The notes beneath the pieces are model-generated. The model did no database searches, was not told where the DNA came from, and saw only the letters and a program-made list of their open reading frames with translations. A program made the position numbers and the translations under genes. Below, in pieces: positions 54,000 through 64,000 of a stretch of DNA of 64,000 bases; the stretch's first letter is position 1; each line of letters starts with the position of its first letter. This DNA is from Trichoplax sp. H2 (lineage: Eukaryota). The stretch spans positions 1-64,000 of the forward strand of contig NOWV01000190.1 in the NCBI GenBank assembly GCA_003344405.1, written 5' to 3'.

Positions 54000-54811
54000 C
54001 TTATTTTAAGTAGCCCTTTCTGGCATTTATAAGAAGTTAACTTAAATTTGGAATTAACTTGAAGAAGGTTCTCCTAAAATCGGCACTTGAAAAATTATAT
54101 ACAATTTTTTTGTCTTTTCATCGATTTCATGACTTTGACTTTATAGATAGAATTACCAAGTAGCGGACTATTTCTATACAATGTTAATGTGATCTTAACG
54201 TAGCAAAATAACATCCCCCAAAGAAGAAATTAAAACTGCTTAAATGTCAAAATGACTGATAAAATAAATGTTGTTAAGTACAAGTTGAAATAAAATAGTA
54301 GAAAAACCAATAATCTGATAGCTATCGTAAGCAAGCACCATAATCGCATTTCTGAATAAATAAAAGTATAGATCCAAATACCAATAAAATTTATCCAAAT
54401 TTTATCTTTACTAACCGTTACAAATATCGTATATATTATTCTGCGATACCTTACGAATGAGAAAATAGACAAGATAGTAATAAGATTGGATGTAGGCACT
54501 ACAGAAATATAATTGGCTACAATTCCAAAGTTCTGATAATTTTTCTGCCATGAGGGATTCTTTTGCATGATTGTCAGAGCTAACAGGCAGCATTGTATGA
54601 GCACTTGCTGCTAAACAAATCAAAATATCCGTGATTGTTAAACTAGTAATAATAATGTGTAGTAATGGTTGAAGATCATTATTGGAAATCACCAAGTAGC
54701 ACTCAATTATGTCAAATAAAATCCCAATAAAACCGACACTGAGTGTGACCACTACTAAAAACTAATTCAAAATTCATTTATGGAAAAACTTTCATTCATT
54801 AGATTAAATAT
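54000..54811 (-). pseudogene. GPCR pseudogene (9626-type), frameshifted, TM6-TM7 deleted
   Basis: SNNDLQPLLHIIITSLTITD and FVRYRRII in different frames; ATG>ATA at 54809-54811; ~190 bp equivalent to 9720-9910 missing at ~54100. Confidence 0.88.
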
Positions 54812-55142
54812 TTTATATACGTAATGATAAACTATCTCGCCATTACAAGAATCTTAAATTCAGTTTAATCAATTTAAATCAAATTATAAATGATCAACTA
54901 ATGGTGATCAATAGACCTTCGATTGCAAGGTTTCCTAAGCTTGCGGAGATGATCGGTAAAGGTTCATTAATGGAACTATACTTGTTTGTTATACTTCATA
55001 TTTCTTATAAAAATAAATTATTGGCGATTGCATTATCTTTTAAAGTCGTACCAAATAAAATTGCAACCAATTCTGCCATAACCATTCGTAAAGAAAATAT
55101 AGAGAGATTACTTGCTATTCTACATAGACTAGGAAAAGTCTA

Positions 55143-56402
55143 AATGAAGATATCTATCTACTACCTCATAAAAGCAGTAATAGAAATACGAGGTAACTTA
55201 ATGAAAGATAATAGATCATCATATAATGCAGCTGATGCTATAACATTAGTAAATGACGGTTTATCACTTTTTATAAGTGCTCAATACCAAATTAATAATC
55301 ATACTGTTGAAGAAATCATAGATTGGCTCCCATATGCATCTACAATTTTAAATTTAGTCTTGTATAGTGATGATTACAGTAAAAGTATTGCAACTAATAT
55401 GTTATGGTATCGTGATACAGCTACAGGTAAACCAAATATGACAGAGTCATTCCCTGCGAGTATTGCTAGTGACGTTGCTACTGTAAAAGGCAAATAAATT
55501 CGAGATATGAAATCAGTCACAAATACTCAATATAACAGAGGTATTCATGCAAGACAGCTATTAACAACAGGAGATAAAACAGATATCACTTTTAATACCT
55601 CTAAGTTCTATATTTGGATTCTGCAAAGATATTGATACAGTGTTTATAGGTGTGAAAGATACTTTACAATTCGATAGAGCTGTAACAAAAAACTATATTA
55701 TAAAAGATAGTAATGTTGGTGACGGAAATTTTAAAAATATCACATGTTTCAATGTGGATGCCTAAAGTAACTCCATCATCAGAAGTAGCTGACCAATTGG
55801 AGGCCAAACTTGTTAGTGGATACATTAGTAATCTTTACTTTGAGCAAGTTAAAGTTTATATGACACAATACGCAGCTAATCAAACATCTCCTACCTAGAG
55901 AATTACTATACAACCTGGAACAGAATTACCACGTCATATTATCATTGTATTTCAATCTACTGAACGAGAAAATAATCAAAACACGAATATTATGATATTT
56001 GATAATGCAGATGCAAGGCGTATTTCAGCTAGAATTTACTCGATTCAATACCCTGAAAGAGAGATAGAATGCAACTTTCATCCATCCAATAGAAATTACA
56101 GTTGACCTTATATGATGTTTATGGAGGCAATCAATAAATATCAAGATACAGATACTGGTTCACAGTTATCAGCTGAAAATTGGGCAAATTTGTATCCTAT
56201 ATTCCATTTCGATGTATCGAAACATAATGAACGGTTAAAAAATAGTCCAGTAGATATTGAAGTAAAATGGACTTTAGGGGAAAATTTTAAGAGTATGAAT
56301 GATAACAGTAATGATGTCCCATATTATGTTTATGCTGTCGTTTTGACTGATAGATATTTGAAACTACATGGATTAGGAAGAGGAATGAATGTTGCTGTAT
56401 AA
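55143..56402 (+). pseudogene. Polinton-type double jelly-roll major capsid protein, 5'-truncated and disrupted
   Basis: NEDIYLLPHKAVIEIRGNL, ITLVNDGLSLF..QYQINN, YSDDYSKS...LWYRDT, ISHVSMWMPKVTPS, LPRHIIIVFQS, SIQYPER, LYPIFHFDVSKHNERLKNSPVDI, YAVVLTDR; motifs recalled from invertebrate Polinton capsid-like proteins; stops and frameshifts. Confidence 0.75.
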
Positions 56403-56414
56403 GGCTATATTATT

Positions 56415-57154
56415 ATGAAATATTACATAAGCATTAGACTCACCTTAACAACGATTCAGAAGAGTGTTATTACTAAAGCCTATCAACAAAATAAAACAAT
56501 GATTATAAGATTATTACCACATCAATAACATGGGAATGATCAATTAGGATTAACTTTAACGCAATACAATACAGTTGTTAAAGTTAGAAATAACAATTAG
56601 AGTGTTATACTAAAATTAAGCAGAGATCAAGTATCTTAACAAGCAGGTTGGTTAGGTGCTTTAATGGGTTTAATTCGCGCAGCTGTTCCTAAAGTAATAA
56701 AAAATGTGGTACCATAGCTGGCAATGGCTGCAGCTATCGGTGCTATTTCTGGAACTACATATAAAACAACTGGTGGAAGAGGCATTTTATCTAGCAGTAA
56801 TATATATAGGATGCCTTATTCAGAATATGGAGTAAATGTTTAACCATCACAGAAACAGAAACTAGAATCAGCAATAATAGTAAGAGAGGATGTACACTTC
56901 GTTTATCTCATTCCGAATTAACAGGGTCTGGTAAATCATATCTAACATGTCGACAAATTAATAAAATTAATAAAGCTAAACTGAACAACACTGGTTGTGA
57001 TATCAAATTATCTAAAACTCAAGTAGTCAAAAATGGTGGATTTATTGGTGCTTTATTAGCTGGTATTTTACCTGCTGTTATTAGTGGAATAGCTGGGAGA
57101 GGGGTAACATTACCTGGAACTATCTCTAAAAAAATAAAGGATTATAAAAAATAA
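56415..57154 (+). pseudogene. Two tandem paralogous small basic Polinton-type virion proteins ending in GG(F/W)(L/I)GAL plus a hydrophobic helix
   Basis: Read through stops: LTLTQYNTVVKVRNNN*SVILKLSRDQVS*QAGWLGALMGL (56415-56810) and YLTCRQINKINKAKLNNTGCDIKLSKTQVVKNGGFIGALLAGILPAVISGIAGRG (56811-57154); missed by the ORF track. Confidence 0.7.
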
Positions 57155-57237
57155 ATCAATAAAAAAGGCAAATCAATATATATTCCAAAAAGGATGCATA
57201 TTCCAGGGCATTTACAGACTCCTCCATACGTAGGAAG

Positions 57238-57718
57238 ATGGACACAACGATAAAAGTATTAAGTAATATAGCAATTGATCATATCATTCATGAAGAAATA
57301 TAAGATAAAAAACTTTCAGGGTGTTTATTCAAAGGATATGTTGCCATAGTCTATGTTACAAAGTGAGTGTTAAGTAGTAAATTTGCAGGATTATTTTGCA
57401 GGACCAAGAACACATTGGATTTGTTATTATTGTGATCCATCCAGCAATAATGTTGAGTATTTTAATTCATTTAGATTATATCCTCCAAGTGAAATACTAT
57501 CTTATCTAAAAACGGCTAAGAAAGGGATAGTGCATAATCGATCACAAATACAAAACATCAGTTCGATTATGTGGGGATATTATTGTTGTTTCTATTTAAC
57601 AAAATGTAGCTACAATTATAAACCACTTGATATTTTACTAGAGTATGAGCAGAAGCCGACAGTTTTTAATGAACAGTTGATAAAACCATTTGCTAATTTA
57701 TTAAATAATATATTATAA
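57238..57718 (+). pseudogene. Adenain-like (adenovirus-type) maturation cysteine protease, disrupted
   Basis: LSN..FQGVYSKDMLP*...VVNLQD..PRTHWICY...EYFNSF...QIQNISSIMWGYYCCFYL; His retained, catalytic Asp>Asn and Cys>Trp; two in-frame stops. Confidence 0.85.
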
Positions 57719-57720
57719 GT

Positions 57721-58306
57721 GATGTTATCATATTGCATTCGAGAAAGAAATGATATCGATTCTATTCCCGATAGTACGTTACTTGTGGAAACAAAAAATA
57801 ATAGAATAATTATAAAGAGTAAATGTATTTCCCGTGGTTCTATCAAGGCCAGATTTGATAACAGTATTACAGGTTTTGGTAATAAAGATGTCGATTGGTC
57901 TACTCAATTAGCTAATGAACTGCATAAACCAATCAGAAGGAACTTTCCTAAGCGTCGTGTAAGAGTGAATAAAACTGATGATATTTGGTCAGCTGATCTT
58001 GTTGATATGCAGGAATTTACAAAATACAATAAGGGTTACAAATATTTGCTTACTGTAATTGATGTCTTTAGTAAATACGCTTGGAGCGTACCCTGGAAAG
58101 AGAAGATAGGTAACAATACTGCCGAAGCATTCAACAAGATTATTAAATCTAGTCATAGAAAGCCGATCAAGTTATGAGTTGATCAAGGATCCGAGTTTTA
58201 TAATAGAGTTTTTGGTAAGATGTTGAACGCTTATAATATTGAGCGCTATAGTATGTACAATGAAAGAAAATCAGTTGTTATTGGGAGATTTAACAGAACG
58301 TTGAAG
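57721..58306 (+). pseudogene. Polinton-type retroviral-like (rve) integrase, 3'-truncated
   Basis: LANELHKPIRRNFPKRRV...DIWSADLVDM...YKYLLTVIDVFSKYAW...KPIKL*VDQGSEFYN...KSVVIGRFNRTLK; DDE Glu>Gly, TGG>TGA at 58175; nothing after RTLK. Confidence 0.9.
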
Positions 58307-58426
58307 GTTTATTTAAAAATCTAGAAGAAAAAACTAAGACTGTTCGGTACCACAAGTAGTTAACTTATTCTTACTCTGCATATTTAAGAAAAGTAATTAT
58401 AACTGATCAAAAAGAACAGGAAAAAA

Positions 58427-60460
58427 ATGGAGAAGAAGAACTCAATCGTTGAAGAACACAAGGAAGCAATTAAAGCTGCTATTTCAGTATCCCCGAAATA
58501 TCTGGAATTATATCACGATTCCAATTTTACGGACATTAAATTAATTATTGGTGATCGCAGTTTCTTATGCCATCGAATAGTTTTAGCTGCATGTAGTGAA
58601 TATTTTTGCGCTATGTTTACGAGTGATTTTAAAGAAAAGAACGAAGTAGAAGTGAATCTAGTAGAGATTGATCCTGTGATAGCCTCTCTCGTTATCAAGT
58701 ACATTTATGGTCATGAATTAGAATTGACACTAATGGAATTATCGCGTGTTCAGGCGATTTACGCACTAGCTTTGCAATGGACAATCAGGGAATTACAGAA
58801 GCAATGTCATGATTACTTTACTGCCATCATGAATGCTGAAAATTGCTGTCAACTAGCAAGTTTTGCCGATTATTATCATGCAGCAAAATTATGTGATGAA
58901 ATTCTAGTTTATATAAGGGAAAATTTCTTCGAATGTATAAAGGTTAAATCGATCAAAGATCTTTCCTATGATTTACTTATTCAATTAATACAATGTGATT
59001 ATCTTAATGTGACAGATGAAGATTCTCTACTAGAATCTATCAGTATCTGGATTGATTCAGATATATCACAGAAGAAAAGATATCTCATATCTTTGTTAAG
59101 TAACTTACGCTTACCTTATATTTCGCCTGAGTCTTTAATTGCAATAGAAGAAAGATATATTGATGTCATTGAAAATTCGCTTGAATATTTAAATATGCTA
59201 CGACGAGTTAAAAATTACAGTCTCATTCCAGAAAACTATTTCGATAAATCAGCAAAACCCCGCATGTACATTAAAAATGTTGATTATTGCGGCGTTACGT
59301 CCATCCACGTAACCTATGCATACGAGCAACAGGATTGCTTTAATGTATATGGTATCATTAATAAAGAACGTTATCCACTTCAGCGCTTGGATTCCAGTAC
59401 TTTTGATGATACCAGCAATATTAATCAAATCGAGCGTGTACGCTTATTAACCTATGCGGCCGTCTGTGTAGGTCATAAAATCATCGTATTTGGAGGCGTT
59501 AATGAAGGTAGATTGAATTAACTTCTATCAATGTGTGATTATAGCAACAACATAAGATTTAAATTCTCGCTAAATCTAGAGACTAGAATACTATTTTGTA
59601 TAACGATGATGATATTTACCGTATCTACTGTATTGTACATGCCTTGTTCTTGTCGTGGATAATTTTTTTTCGGGAAGATTGTGCGATCGGCTATATTCTG
59701 CCTGCGCGACATTTGAGCTATATCTTTATTTATCATCACAGTAATTCTAGAGTTTTAGAATCTGTACTATTTCTTTTGCTGTCATTCTGTATAATCACCA
59801 TTTATAGATAAATTTAAATAAGCTATCTAAAATGTTTAATTTATTGACGTAGATAAGCAAGCTCTGGACTCTATAGTCGCATTCGATGTCCGAAAAACTG
59901 AATGGACATTTCCTGCGTGGGGTTTTGATTTGCCGGAACCTTTAGCTTACCTTGCAGCCTGCATTTACAAGGATGATATATATATAATGGGTGGCTTAAA
60001 CAAGAATAATCAGTGTTCAAATAAAGTATGGAGACTATGTAGGCAAAACAAGACTTGGGAAGCAGTAGCACCACTCAATACTGCTCGTAAATGCTGTCAA
60101 GTTGTCGTGGTAGAAAATTTTATTTACATTGGTGGCGGTCTAGATGATAACGAGGACTTGATTACGACATTTGAAAGATATAATCCTCTACTTAACACTT
60201 GGAATATTGTTTATGAACTTAAAACTATACATCATTCCATTCGTTTAATTTACGCTCGTAGTAAATTATTTATCTATCACAGTGAAAGTACTTACGACTG
60301 CTACATGCAAAGCGCAGATGGAAAATGGTATAAAGCTTCCGAACGCGAAATTAGTGAATGTAGTCGAGAAATTCACGGTATTGATTACATAACCGATGGT
60401 TATATAGCCATCGACCAAAAGATGAATGGATATGGCTTCTTTATTCCACGTTGTAAATAG
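58427..60460 (+). CDS. BTB-BACK-Kelch (KLHL-like, putative Cullin-3 adaptor); exons 58427-59507 and 59853-60460
   Basis: FTDIKLIIGDRSFLCHRIVLAACSEYFCAMFT (BTB), LNVTDEDSLLESISIWI..LRLPY (BACK), IIVFGG / IYIMGG / IYIGGG..ERYNPLLNTW (Kelch); GT-AG intron 59508-59852 keeps the frame. Confidence 0.88.
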
Positions 60461-62009
60461 GTGTATAACGTCAAACCAGTGAAAGAAATTCCATAAAGTT
60501 ATGTCATGAGGACATAGCCAAGGATACTTATACGCATATGTAATAACTCAGACGTTTATGATGGACAGGATGATGAAGATGATGAGTAATGGGAAGAAGA
60601 TGCCTAAGAAATAATTGATCTCGCTGGTTAGCTGGAATTCCTCTTTCAAGGTTACTTCATAGACTCGATCAACATTCGATTGAATTTCATCAAGTTAATA
60701 TTACACTTAGCCTAACTGTATACAATAGCTAATGTTTAAACAAAGAGCAAAGAAGCAGTGACTTTCATTGATAGATTTGAAGATCCTTTATGTTATAAGA
60801 GAAAGCTTTGTATATGACGGTTATAGAATCAAAGCTGACAGGAATTTATAACAAAAAATAAAAATTACTTTCATGTGTGTAACTGTGAGTGTAAAACATA
60901 GAGTATAAAATTTGTTGTATTAGGATAAATATTTATGATATTATAGTAAATAGGTAGCTATATAAGAAGCACGGAGAGATGCTAAGGATGTCGAATTAGA
61001 GAAATGAATGATGAGTGCCACTTGTTATACTATTTATCATCCTAACTGATCGACATGAATTTCCTGTTATGATATAATAAAGTCTACTTTACCGTTAACT
61101 GTTATTGGAAATTTGTATGAAGAAGATTTAACTAGGAAAATAGTGATTATTACAGCATATTAAGATGATTTATGGCATCTTATACCATTTATAACTGATA
61201 GTTACAAAGTTGTAGAAGTACGATATTTTATGCCTGCGGTCGTAAAGATTCGTAACCGAGATAGTTTTTACGATGAGGAAGTTCAAATCAGTACTGCATA
61301 GTGTAATATGAAAAAGAAGTAATTATATCGTTTTCTAAGATATATTAAAGCGACAGTACAGAGAAAGCTGTCTATCGTTATTAAATTAACCGTAACATAG
61401 CTTAACTTAAGGTAAATTTCACTTTGTTTATTAGAAAAATATTGCAGAATTGCTTAATGAAAGAGATTTAGACACTTCATCATTCGCAGATATCAAAGGA
61501 ACAGAAAATGCCAAAACAGGATAGCTGTTTATAAACTGCGTATGAGTGTGCTATTGGTAGCAACGATGTAGGTTTTAAATGTCTAGCATTAATTCTTGTA
61601 CGGGAATAACTCTACAGTATTTGGAGGAACTGAAATAACAAGTCGTTTTGTAATATTGATAACTCTAGACTACCAGGCTGATAAACTACCTACAATGATT
61701 ATGATAAATTTTACACGATAGAGCTGGTATTAAATCTGAATTACCATTTAATATTACATTAATTATTTAGATGTAGAGTTATGAACTATCACAGTTACAA
61801 ACAGGTATACTCTGAATAAAAATATTTAGTAGATTTTCAGCTGATAATTAATTAATTAAGGGCAACAATTTGACTAACGTTATAAAGGAAGAAAGGGCGT
61901 CCTCTACTGGTTGTATAGTAGCTACGCTAGACTGCTGGATATTCAATGGAGCACATTATTATCATATCGAGTTGCTACTATAATTATGGCCATCAGGAAG
62001 CATCCAGCA

Positions 62010-64000
62010 GATTTTAGATAATACGGATATTAAATTGATTATTGGCGATCGTAGCTTCTTATGCCATCATCGAGTCGTTTTAGCTGCACATAGTGAATAT
62101 TTGTGTACTATGTTTACTAGTAATTTTAAGGAAAAGGACGAAGCAAAAATTAACGTAATTAAGACTGATTATAGCATTGTATCGATCGTTATTAAATAAA
62201 TTTATGGTTATATGCTAAAGTTAACATTAATGAAATTATCGCGAGTTCAGGCAGTCTATACGCTAGCACTAAAATAGGCTATCAAGAAATTGCAGGAGCA
62301 ATGCCATTGCTACTATATCACAATCTTAAACGCTAAAAATTGCTGTCAATTAGCAGCTTTTGCTGATTACTATCATGCACAAGATTCACAGCATGAAATT
62401 CTAGCTTAAGTCACTGACAATTTCTTTAGATGTATCAAGACTAAATCACTTAAGGATCTCTCCTATAATTTACTTGTTAAATTAATACAATGTGAGTATC
62501 TTAATATTACTAATGAAGATCAGATACTTAAATCTCTCAATATTTGGATAGATTCAGATACATCCATGTGAGGTTGATAGATCAAGAATCTTTAAAACTT
62601 TAGAAAATTAAGATTATATTGAACAAAACCTCCTTTACAAAGATACAACGTAATCGATTAGCTGAGGATCTCTAACGAGAAAGAACTATCTTACTATATT
62701 AAACTACTCGCTTATATACTTTTACGTGTTTACAGTCTTTGCACCTTACTTACTACACACTTCAGTATTAGCATCTCAAATACAGAATAGTTTGCACCTT
62801 TCATGTGAAGCTCTAGTGTGAGCACTGTAGCGCTCCTCTTCCAAAGGATTACAGTTACTAAGCTAGCTATATTTAATACTTTAGCTTCTAACGAGAATAT
62901 CTATCACATGTTGAACACAGCACCTACGATAAACATTACTAAATATATCATCAACTTAGAATACAATATTACACTGTCTTACAATCCAGTAGGAAAAATT
63001 GATAATATCTCTCTTATGTCATTTGTGTTTAGTATACATTTTGCCGGAATCTTTAATTTCTATAGATGAAAGATATATGAATGAAATTGAAAATTCGCTT
63101 GAATATTTAAATACGATACGACGAGTTCAACATTACCGACAAAATCATGAAAATTATTTCGATAAATCGACGAAGCCACGCACGCACTATGAAAACATCG
63201 ATTTTGTTGGCGTTATATTAGTCCACGTAGCCGATATTAAAGAAGATTGTTATAATTTACACGGTATAGTAAAATGCAATTGCTATCCTCTTTATAGATT
63301 TGTTTCCAGTACTTCAGATAAAGTTAGAGATTTTACATTATTTGAGTGTGTGCGCTTGATCTATGCAGTTGTTTGTGTTGGTCATAAAGTTGTTGTTTTT
63401 GGAGGCATTAATACAGTTAAACTGAAAAAATTAGTCTATCGATAATCTTTGGCCAGTAGAAAATATGGCCATACAATAATAGTATTTGGCGCCGAATTAG
63501 CTGTAACACTTGTCAAATTTCGACATCAAAATTCTAACTCGTATGCACAGATGTCTATATTTATCTACGATATAAATTTAAACCTAAACTATCTGATATT
63601 TTTTTATCAAATAAATCAATTGCAGTTATTATCATACTACCTATGCAACTTAAACCTCCATAAATTATAATTATGAATTAATATAGTGACCTAAAAGTTT
63701 TGACAAATTTTTGTTACTTCTAATCCTTCACTAATGAATGTTCACTGTTTATAGAGAGATTTCAAATTAATTTTAGTTATATCATGTACTCGTATTCAAT
63801 TTTTAGACGTAGAGAAAGAAGTTCTGAATTCAGTAATTGCATTCGATTTCCGAAAAGCTGAAGGGACAGTTCCAGTGTGGGGTTTTGACTTACCACAACC
63901 CTTAGCTTACCTTGCTGCTTGCATTTACAATGGCGAGATATATATTACGGGTGGCTTAAATGAGGATCGTCAATGTTCCAACAAAGTATGGAAACTATGT
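62010..64000 (+). pseudogene. Tandem BTB-BACK-Kelch pseudogene, runs off the window end
   Basis: Collinear with 58427-60030; several in-frame stops in BTB/BACK, 5' end missing, interrupted by the insertion at 62567-62983; same intron acceptor (gacgtag, 63826-63832). Confidence 0.88.
62567..62983 (-). mobile_element. Solo-LTR-like insertion (family E, 417 bp) in the Kelch pseudogene
   Basis: TGTGAG...CTTACA; perfect TSD ATCCA (62562-62566 / 62984-62988); splits the WIDSD codons that are contiguous in the intact gene (~59048-59075). Confidence 0.85.

Larger units (their letters stand above)
51345..55135. repeat. Segmental duplication copy 2 (two-GPCR unit), paralogous to ~3965-8430
   Basis: Collinear with the 4-8 kb unit, lacks the family A insertion (empty site ~54780); ends where the Polinton-like fragment begins. 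Confidence 0.85.
55143..58306 (+). mobile_element. Decayed Polinton/Maverick (adintovirus-like) endogenous viral fragment
   Basis: Dense, intronless, co-oriented cluster: capsid-like gene, two GG-F small proteins, adenain-like protease, rve integrase; truncated at both ends; no TIR, pPolB or ATPase seen. Confidence 0.88.

Noticed and set aside
54901-55143. 80-aa ORF just upstream of the capsid gene as a viral gene
   Set aside because: The DNA aligns with the non-coding GPCR upstream flank at ~8190-8430, so it is host-derived
58427-60460. BTB-Kelch gene as cargo of the Polinton-like virus (poxviruses carry such genes)
   Set aside because: It has a spliceosomal intron, is intact while the viral genes are decayed, has a host-type tandem paralog, and no TIR encloses it

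Overview
AT-rich eukaryotic genomic window with short GT-AG introns. The look (intronless rhodopsin-type GPCR arrays, compact introns) suggests a basal metazoan such as a placozoan; this is inference only. Left half (1-31 kb): a tandem, all-minus-strand array of single-exon class A GPCRs (5 intact, 2-3 decayed). Middle (33-51 kb): a tandem pair of multi-exon PARP1-derived genes (PADR1/Zn3-BRCT-WGR-regulatory-ART) whose catalytic H-Y-E triad, NAD+ pocket and WGR motif are substituted. Copy 1 looks like a possible pseudoenzyme, copy 2 is probably a pseudogene, and both keep a U12-type intron inside the catalytic Glu codon. Right (51-64 kb): a duplicated two-GPCR segment (both pseudogenes), a 3.2-kb decayed Polinton/Maverick (adintovirus-like) endogenous viral fragment (major capsid, two paralogous small GG-F proteins, adenain-like protease, rve integrase), then a BTB-BACK-Kelch gene and a pseudogenised tandem copy. 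At least six families of 340-640 bp TGT...ACA solo-LTR-like insertions are scattered through the window; seven copies have readable 5-bp target-site duplications and several share subterminal hairpins. All calls were made by eye from the sequence and the ORF track; no database searches were run.
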